Positions 1 through 9,200 of a stretch of 64,000 nt of DNA are shown here, one piece after another (position 1 is the first letter of the stretch; every line of letters begins with the position of its first letter). Origin of the DNA: Mizuhopecten yessoensis (taxonomy: Eukaryota); the NCBI RefSeq assembly GCF_002113885.1, contig NW_018480077.1, positions 1,659,773 to 1,723,772 on the forward strand. The letters are read 5' to 3'. A model generated the notes under the pieces. The model was not told the DNA's origin and searched no databases. It saw only the letters and a program-made list of their open reading frames with translations. The translations under genes were made by a program, and so were the position numbers.

Positions 1-705
1 CTCTTTAGTTTGACCGTGAACAACGATATCATCCGATATGTTCTGTACCCCTTCGATGTCGTGAAACACTTGAGCTACTATGTGTTGATATTGTTCTGGC
101 GCGGACGTAATGCCGAACATTAACCGTTTATATCTATAGAGTCCTTTGTGAGTTACAAATGTTGTAATATTCCGCGACTGCTCTGCTAGCTCGATTTGGT
201 GGTACCCATATTTCAGGTCTAACCGACTGAACACTTTGCTGCCGTTAATATCATATAAAATCTCGTCCGCCGTCGGAATCGGGTGTCTCTCACGAATTAT
301 GGCCTCGTTCGCTCTACGCATGTCTACACATAGGCGGATATCACCGTCGGGTTTCGGTACCACGATAACGGGGCTTACCCATTGCGTATGGGTGTTAACT
401 TTCTCGATGATGTCGAGGTTTTCGAGCTCGTCAATTTTGTCACTGACTTTCTGACGCATACTGTACGGAATTCGATACATATGCTGAGCTACCGGTTGTA
501 CACTCTCGTTGATGTGAAGTTTTAACTCGAAATCCTTCAGTTTTCCAATTCCATCAAAGCATTCTGGGTATTTCTCACAAACGTCACTCGACGCGTTTAT
601 AACGTTGACACCAGGGTCAAGTTGGAGCAAACCTAACTCCTTCGCTGTTTCTCTACCTAATAGAGCTGGTCCCGCGCCATCTAACACAAAGATTTCCGTC
701 TCTAA
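1..705 (-). CDS. pol: Retrotransposon pol (protease C-terminus and reverse transcriptase), partial, +1 frame relative to the gag ORF
   Basis: Stop-free frame 705->1: LETEIFVLDGAGPALLGRETAKELG...QWVSPVIVVPKPDGDIRLCVDMRRANEAI...FSRLDLKYGYHQI...TTFVTHKGLYRYKRLMFGITSAPEQYQ...NISDDIVVHG. Absent from the ORF track because it runs off the edge. Confidence 0.93.
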
Positions 706-1870
706 GACATTTTTCACCGCTCGGCCCGACCACAGCCGTTACAAATTTACCCAGGAGTGGTAATGGATCCTTCGAACCATACGAGTACAACCTTTTGTTT
801 GTTTTCTCGGACATACACTTGAGTTTATTTTCCTTACGTTCATTCCACTTGATCTTGTCAATAATATTTACTGACGCACCACTGTCAATAATAAAGTCAA
901 CCAACTGTTCATCAACCTGTATTTTCACAACTTCGGACGATTTGACATCGTGATTTACCTGAAACGCGTATTCATCACTGTCATCATCTTCTCCATGAGG
1001 CGTTTCTCCAACCGCGTTGATTTTACCGCGTTTTCCCGACTTACCATATTTATGTCGACCACCATTATGTCCATAACCACCTCTCCCCCCATTAAAGTTT
1101 CCTTTGGGTTTGTTATGAGTTTTTGGCTTCTTAGTTTTACAACGTGAGGCGAAATGACCAATTTCACCACATTCGTTACACTTTTTGTCTCTCGCAGGGC
1201 ATTGTGTGTCTCTACTCATGTGACCTGTGTACCCACACCGATAACAGATTGGACCGGAAGACGGACGCAAATTATCTCGGCTCGCAACCGCATGTACTGT
1301 TGAACTCGGGGTATGATTCGAACTAGGACTCTCCATTTTCTTTGCTTGTGTTTCTGACAGTTCCAAAGATTGGGCGATTTGTCTCAACTGTTCTAATTTC
1401 AAATCATCACCTCGTTCCAACAAACGCGTTCTCAATTTGTGAGATTTACATTTTTCAATAATCTGGTCTCTAATTTGTTCATCTTCCTTGTCAAAAGAAC
1501 AGAGTTTGGCCTTACGACGTAACCTCGTTATAAACTGTTCGATAGTGTCATCATTTTGTAACATGTTTCTGAAACAATATCGTTCGTATGGCACATTGAC
1601 TTTCCCCTTGAAATGTTTGTTGAGGGCATCGAGTGCTTCCAAATATTTCGAATCCCCTTCACCGTCTGGTAGTGTAAAAAATATGTCCTGCACTTCTTCA
1701 CCGGCACATTGCAACAATAAAGCTCGTTTCTGATCGGCATCTTTAACACCTTTACCGTCAGCGAAAAATTCGAAACTCCTGACCCAACGTTCCCACGTTT
1801 GCTGTAATCGATTTTGGTCACCACGTGGTTCAAATTTCGACAGGTTATTCAGCTCTATCATTTGAGCCAT
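653..1870 (-). CDS. gag: Retrotransposon Gag plus N-terminal part of aspartic protease
   Basis: 405-aa ORF with knuckles CYRCGYTGHMSRDTQC and CNECGEIGHFASRC and protease active site FIIDSGASVNII. The last ~16 residues are out of frame with pol. Confidence 0.93.
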   Translation of the reverse strand: MAQMIELNNLSKFEPRGDQNRLQQTWERWVRSFEFFADGKGVKDADQKRALLLQCAGEEVQDIFFTLPDGEGDSKYLEALDALNKHFKGKVNVPYERYCFRNMLQNDDTIEQFITRLRRKAKLCSFDKEDEQIRDQIIEKCKSHKLRTRLLERGDDLKLEQLRQIAQSLELSETQAKKMESPSSNHTPSSTVHAVASRDNLRPSSGPICYRCGYTGHMSRDTQCPARDKKCNECGEIGHFASRCKTKKPKTHNKPKGNFNGGRGGYGHNGGRHKYGKSGKRGKINAVGETPHGEDDDSDEYAFQVNHDVKSSEVVKIQVDEQLVDFIIDSGASVNIIDKIKWNERKENKLKCMSEKTNKRLYSYGSKDPLPLLGKFVTAVVGPSGEKCLRDGNLCVRWRGTSSIR

Positions 1871-1923
1871 GTTCGTTTTTTGTGTTTACTTACAACCACA
1901 ACAACGGTATGTTCGATTTCCAC

Positions 1924-1935
1924 TCCTCGTCGCCA
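1924..1935 (-). other. Primer-binding site complementary to the tRNA-Ser(GCT) 3' end
   Basis: Minus strand TGGCGACGAGGA, 2 nt inside the LTR end; complements the ...TCCTCGTCGCCA end of metazoan tRNA-Ser(GCT). Confidence 0.85.
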
Positions 1936-1937
1936 AA

Positions 1938-2135
1938 TGTTATGTTGGTATCTTCGGATTAAACCACAGGATTTAACACAGACGAATTAAATCAGGAACT
2001 CCACATTTATTAATGGCTGCTCTCTTGCTTAACACTCATTGGCTAATATCTCGTGTGCCAAGGGCGACAACTCTTATAGACGTTATGTATGTAAGGTGTC
2101 ACTACAGTAAGTATCGATCATAGTAGAACACTACA
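1938..2135 (-). repeat. 5' LTR of the Gypsy element (~198 bp)
   Basis: TG...CA ends with imperfect inverted termini (TGTTATGTT at 1938, AACACTACA at 2127-2135) and minus-strand AATAAA at 2006-2011. The outer end could alternatively be 2106; the partner LTR is outside the window. Confidence 0.7.
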
Positions 2136-2439
2136 GTACTACTCTATTTAAATACTTAAATTCTTATCATTAAGGCGTTTTACGTACTTTCCTTTCTATT
2201 TCAATATTCGTTTAGACCATTCTGGATTTCCAACTTTGTTCTTGCATCACCGTTGATTCCCTAGAAGAACAAAACGGCTGTATTGTTGTATCTATTACCA
2301 AATGTTAGAGGTGATGTCCCATGTGTGTGTCTTGGGTTAATCGTTATCACATTATCAAATTTTCGTGAGAATATTGCGAAAAAACACACTTTGTAACGTA
2401 TTACTTTCACCCTCTTGGCTGTGAACAATGTAAGGTGTG

Positions 2440-3080
2440 TGGCATCTGATTAACCCTCTTGGCTGCGAGGTCTGAAGCGTTTGACAGATCGTGTAAGTTG
2501 TGAGGAATGAAATGTATGAATCGTTTGACAAAGCTGATTTTTCTTTGAGATACGTTTGACAAACCCGATCTTAAGTGAGGGGTAGGAAGCAGGACGGTGT
2601 GGTGTAGAGCGTTCAACAGACCCAGTTGACTGTGAGGACTCTGTGAGAGTTTGACGAATCGTGTTGGCTATGAGGACTGTAAGGTTAGAGGACTGAAAGA
2701 TTTTAGAGTTTGACGGATCCCGTCGGATATGTGAGGACTGTTGGGTTGGCGGATCCGGTCGGCTATGGGGACTGTGTAAGCGTTTAACAGACCTTTAGGG
2801 ATATGGGGGGGGCTGTACTTTTGACGGATCCCGTTTGCTATAGAGATTTTGTAAGCGTTTGACAGATCTTGTTGGATATGTGGACTGTACTTGTGATAGA
2901 TCCCGTCAGCTATGGGGACTGTGTAAGCTTTTACCAGGCCTTGTTAGATTTGGGGGACTGTACTTTTGATGGATCCCGTCAGCTTTGGGGACTGTGTAAG
3001 CTTTTAACAGACCTTGTTTGCAATGAGGACTGTACAAGATTTCGGCTTTTGGCAGATCTAGACGGCTTTGGGGACATTGA
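2440..3080. repeat. Degenerate tandem repeat
   Basis: Recurrent tttgac(a/g)gatcccgt and tatg(g/a)ggactgt motifs. Confidence 0.7.
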
Positions 3081-3256
3081 GGTCTAACTCTATCAATCTT
3101 CTGTGAGGAGTATATGTTCTGGAGGGATTGAAACCCGGTCTTCTGTAAGGAACTGGACAGACCTGTGAGAATTGCATATCAGGGTCTTTTAAAAACTGAT
3201 TGTATTTATTGTGCATTGCGGCCAGCCGAAAGAGAAAATGTCGCTTAACCAATTTT

Positions 3257-6200
3257 CTAATTCACAGTTACCTTTGAAAGTGAAAGGAAATAAAAACCAC
3301 TGACAGATATACCTCCAGACACTCGCCACTATTAAGAAGCTAACCAAACGTTATATATCTGAGTTTTATTGGCTTAGATGATGTCATTAGGCGAGACGTT
3401 ATTCCTGGTCCAAGTCAGGCTTGGCTGCCAATCCTAAAACTACGGCCAAGACTTGTATTTACAGGACATTAAAATAGTTCCTACTCCAATTTGAAAGCGT
3501 TCCTGTTGTATATGTAGTTGCCTTTGGATAGCATTGATCATGTAAATGGACGGTGTTGACGGAATGAAGACAGTTTTACGGCACAGAAACTCCAATTATA
3601 CATTACGCAGCTACATTATACATGGTCTCTCAATAAAACACATCACTAGAACGTCATTGGTCAACTGTCCACACACACAATCAAAAAAGAGGAAATTAGG
3701 TTTAGATGTACGACATGGCGAAGGAAAGCAGCCTTTAACATTGATCTACAGTCTGGGCGGTTTAATTACTGTGAGAGCCTGTTCTTCTGACCTTTCGAAC
3801 ACTGGGTCGAGGGACTTAATAATGTAACATTAATAACATTACGTCTGCGAAAGACAGTACAAGTTCTTGAGATTATTATTTTTTTCATCTCATCAAAAGT
3901 ATCTGGATGATGTAAGCACTGGGGTTGCTGCATACGTAACATCGTTGCATGCTTAATAAGAAAATCAAATCTGGTATGGTCCCTTAACAATCGATCTGCT
4001 TGCCGACCGTTGTTTCTGTGCTAGTCATTTTTCACAATGCGCTGGAACATTCTCAATTATCCACAAGAGACACATTATTTGAGAACTTTCCATTAAGACA
4101 ACTAGGCGTAAAAAAATATCAGTATTAGTTACATGAATAACGTTACAGATGAATCGGCCGACTCTGTGAGGCCAGCGGGATCAAGGGGGAGTAACCATTT
4201 GAGGAATAGGGGATCAAACCTCTGTGAATCTAGGTTCAAGTGATTTTAAGAATTTGCGACAGGCGCAGATTTAAAAAAATGATGATGGAAAGTGTATAAA
4301 TATGAATAACGGAAAGTCTGGAAGTATGAATGACGGAAAGTCTGAAAGCATTATTGACGAAAGATTGAAAGTATGATTGACGAAAGATTGAAGATATGAT
4401 TGACGAAAGATTGAAAGTATGATTGACGAAAGTTTGAAGATATGATTGACGAAAGATTGATAGTATGATAGAAAGAAAGTTCTAAGTATAACTAACCGAA
4501 AATATCTGAAAGTATGATTGATGGAAAGTCTAAAGTATGACTCAATCAATAAGCTTCATGGATGTCTGAAAGTATCATTTACTGAAAGTCTGCAGGACTG
4601 ACTGGTTGAAAGTTTGAAACTATATATATATATATATATATAATGACGGAGAAACTCGTGCAAAAATCCACAATTTCCATTATCCGACCATACTTTCTCG
4701 TTTACGTAAAGTGCCGACAGTTCCCGGTTGACTTCAAAGCAACGACGATTCGATGTAAGCAAGACATCGTAATGAAACGAAACATCAAATGAGTCAGACA
4801 AGATAGCTTGTTATACAAATACAAACTTCATTTATTTTACAATAATTATGAAACAATCAATATATAACTTTCATCTTACATTATGATAATAATTCGAGGT
4901 TCTTATATACCGCTTTATCACAAACCTAGTTCGTAGGTCGTCTCAAAGCGATTCACAAATTATTATCCGTGGTTATAGGGCCTTGACAACCAGCCAATAT
5001 ATTTATCAACTCCATTTCGGCGCTCACAGCTAGCATTCTACAATTCTAGCACTGCCCAACCACGTACTCATTTACAGCTGAGTAGACTGGAACAAGCGGA
5101 GTAAAGTATCTGGCTCAAAGATACAACACAGTGCCGTGCCGTGTCGTGACTCGAACCCGCAATCCTTCGGTCACGAGCCCGGCGTCCTACCACTAGACTA
5201 CCGTGCCTCCTATATCAACCACTCTTGTTAGCCCGGATGTTAAACTAGCGCGCAAGGGTCTTAATGTGGGAGGAAACCGGACTACCCGGAGAAAACCCAC
5301 GTGGTCAGGCAGGTCATCCCGTCTTTCACATTCGACCGTGGAATCGAACCCCGGCCGTATTGGTGACAGCCGCGTGTGTTGCTATCCACTGCGCCACCCG
5401 ACCACCACAACAGGTAGTTACACATTGGTCATTTACTTTATATTTCCTAGCGATACTATGGAGCGTGGTGCAAGTAACCCAAAGAGTGAGTCTCTAAGTT
5501 ATCTCCTGTGTTAAGAACACGTCCGACTTTCCAATATCACAAACTAGTAATTTTTAACATGATGCACTATAAAGTCAGTGAGTTTAGACAATCTTACCGC
5601 GTCTGCCTCCCAGATGTAGCCTATTACTGTCTGTGAAATTGAATTTGACTGACATTATAGCACCATGGGTTGCATAAAGAACGCGACCAGGGGAATTACG
5701 AATGACGTCACTTGTTTCATGAAGCAGACGATTTTCTAACAGGACATATGGCATCGTAAATATCAAATAATTCCTTAAATCACACTTATAAGAGACATTT
5801 TTGCAAAGATGAAAATGCCTGTGCACTTACTAAACTACATGCTTGTATTTTGATATACAATAAGTGCATGTATATATATTTATTAATTGTATATTGGGGT
5901 TAAATATGTGTATATTGACATAGATGGTTTAATTTTGTTTAGCGCTCTATTTACAGCTGAGGTAATCTTAGGGGTGCATCCATGTGTTATGTATGTGTGT
6001 TAGAGATAGGACATTTTAGTGTGTTTGCCTCCTTGCGATTGCGCGGATCTGATGCCGACTTCAGAAAGCTACCTCACTGAATACTATGCCGAAGTCACCC
6101 AACATAGTATTCCGCCTAGTCACTTTATACTGACAACGGGTTAACCAGTTGTTGCGTTATCCTAATTGATGAATAAGCAGGGAATAAGAATTGTTTAAGG

Positions 6201-9200
6201 ACTATGGTATATTAAAATAAAGTGAGTGTACGTTGACGTAGAGTAAGTGTACATTGACGTAGAGTAAGTGTACGTTGACGTAGAGTAAGTGTACATTGAC
6301 GTAGAGTAAGTGTACGTTGACGTAGAGTAAGTGTACGTTGGTGTAGATAATGTACTTTGACGTAGAGTATGTGAACGTTGACATAGAGTCAGTGAACATT
6401 GACGTAGAGTAAGTGTACGTTGACGTAGAGTAAGTGTACGTTGACGTAGATTAAGTGTACATTGACGCAGAGTAGGAAAACGTTGACATAGAGTAAGTGA
6501 ACATTGACGTAGAGGAAGTGTACGTTGACGTAGAGTAAGTGTACGTTGACGTAAAGTAAGTGTACGTTGACGTAGAGTAAGTGTACATTGACGTATAGTA
6601 AGTGTATGTTGACGTAGAGTAAGTGTACATTGACGTATAGTAAGTGTATGTTGACGTAGAGTAAGTGAACATTGGCGTAGAGTAAGTGAACATTGACGTA
6701 GATTAAGTGAACATTGACGTAGAGTAAGTGAACATTGACGTAGAGTAAGTGTACGTTGACGTAGAGTATGTGAACATTGACGTAAAGTAAGTGTACGTTG
6801 ACGTAGAGTATGTGAACATTGACGTAGAGTAAGTGTACGTTGACGTAGATTAAGTGTATGTTAACATAGAGTAAGTGTATTTTAACGTAGAGTAAGTGTA
6901 CGTTGACGTAGATTAAGTGTACATTGACGCAGAGTAGGAAAAAGTTGACATAGAGTAAGTGAACATTGACGTAGAGTAAGTGTACGTTGACGTAGAGTAA
7001 GTGTACGTTGACGTAAAGTAAGTGAACATTGACGTAGATTAAGTGAACATTGACGTAGATTAAGTGAACATTGACGTAGAGTAAGTGAACATTGACGTAA
7101 AGTAAGTGAACATTGACGTATAGTAAGTGTATGTTGACGTAGAGTAAGTGAACATTGACGTAGAGTCAGTGAACGCTGATATAGAATCAGTGAACGCTGA
7201 CGTAGAGTCAGTGAACGCTGACGTAGAGTAAATAAACATTGACGTAGAGTAAGTGTACGTTGACGTAGAGTAAGTGAATATTGACGTAGAGTAAGTGAAC
7301 ATTGACATTGACATTGACATTGTTCACTGAACATGGAGAAACAAGTGAACGCTATTGCCAAATCCTGTTACTACCAGATCAGGAACATCGGCTGTATTCG
7401 GCAGTTTTTAACTGCAGATGCATGCAAGATTTTGGTGCATTCACTTGTTACCCCTCGGTTGGATTAATTATGGTAACGCCCTGCTCTTTGGTATATCTGA
7501 CAAACTAACTAGTCGTCTGCAGAGGGTCCTGTTGACTTAGGGTAAGTGTATATGTTGACGTAGCGTAAGTGTATGTTGACATAGATTAATTGAACGTTGA
7601 CGTATAGTTAATAAGTGTGTGTTGACGCTGAGTAATAATGTAAATGATGTTTGGAAAATTAGGGGGATTTTTTGTAAATACTTTCGGTCTATTATACGAT
7701 CACGTTAGAAAGACGAGTGCATATGAAATACGCAATTGATCTATCTGTATTTCATTATTCCTTACAATCCTAAACCAATTGACAATGCAACTCTTCCAAA
7801 AGATGGCAACCAAAAACTGATATATGTTACACATGTAAAATACCTGTGAAAAGAAGGAATTATGATATGTACCATAATTGGTCTGTCTTTGTCTTCCTAT
7901 ATCAACAGTTTTCTAAAGTTCTATCAAAATGCGTTAAAAGGAGAACACATGGCGCACGACTTAAGGGAGGTAACTCTTACAAATTATGGTTACACCAGAA
8001 TTTCACCCATATATTGTTGATCCCAATTAAACATCGAAATTCTGATACGCAATTTGGGGGCATTAAACATTTGCTTTAGCTATCAAAATGGTAAAAGGCG
8101 ACGTTAACTTAGTCTGTGAAAAGGCATTAAGGACAATGTCTTCATAAAAATACATTGTAGTTAATTGTCAATCACTTTTTCGATCCAATTGAATGCTAGG
8201 AAATAAATGTTCCAGTAACATATTCTACGGCTATGTAAATGTAAAACCAATGGTCTTGTTACCGTAATGAATAGAGTAACTTTATAAAAAAGTGTCCTTT
8301 CGTAACATTTATTGTTATAAAACTAAAGATAAAATAAAACTGTTATAAACATTTAAGCACTTTTGGTTATGGTTTATAACAATCTAGGTCACTTAGCCTT
8401 CGATTTGTTATCCACAGTCTGCTAAGATATATATGAGTGGGGAATTTTACTACGATGTTTGTGGTTTCTTGTGGCAGGATCTATCTTCATTTGCGGCTTC
8501 TCCACAGCTAGTAATATAGAAATTTTTCTCCGCATGACCAATAATGAGCATTCGATGTCATTTCGTAACATTTAGTTGAGTCGCAAAATTAAAATAGCGG
8601 TGAGCTATTTCCATTAAGACATCAGCCCTAATGACCTATTATTAGGTAAACTTGGCTAGCTACCATATTAAAAACTAGCGTACATGTTCAATATATCCAC
8701 GTTACATACAAGATCTAGACTATAGCCAAAAAATAACAATTTAATCACTAGGCCCGTTAATATTTAATAACGAATACACAATGGGATCCAACCGTTTTGA
8801 TGGCGTTAAACGAAAGTATGTTTTTCGGAAATTACTTACTCTATTTTTGTAAGCGTGGACATACCTGTATTTGTTATATGGATTACGTATATCATTCATC
8901 TATTGATTACAAGCATTGGCTATTAATAAAATCAACAACTGCTAGTGCTATGTCCAAACAGCAAATTTCAAAACAAATTTTATGAACCCGCATAACTCGA
9001 ATACTCGGACAACTCGAAGTATAACGAGGTTCGACTTACATGAATTCTGATGATTGATTGGGGTCTTCAAGTACGACTTATAAATGGATAGAAAATTAGG
9101 ATAACCATATTAAACTTTTTTAAGGGCTTTTTGAACCTTAACGGCACTTGAAATAGATATAATAATATTTGTATTTCGTCTTTACGTGGCTTTACAAAAC

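Larger units (their letters stand above)
1..2135 (-). mobile_element. Ty3/Gypsy (Mag-like) LTR retrotransposon, 5' portion; continues beyond the left edge
   Basis: Minus-strand order: LTR (1938-2135), PBS (1924-1935), gag with two zinc knuckles, aspartic protease, then RT motifs. Protease followed directly by RT is the Gypsy order. Confidence 0.95.

Noticed and set aside
236-1833. Short antisense and alternate-frame ORFs over the retrotransposon
   Set aside because: Shadow ORFs of gag/pol.
5130-5406. tRNA-like sequences with A/B boxes (also 12430-12507 and 50705-50774)
   Set aside because: SINE heads continuous with SINE bodies; no intact cloverleaf.
6202-7361. Repetitive minus-strand ORFs (STSTYTY, LTLRQ)
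   Set aside because: Products of the 21-bp minisatellite.
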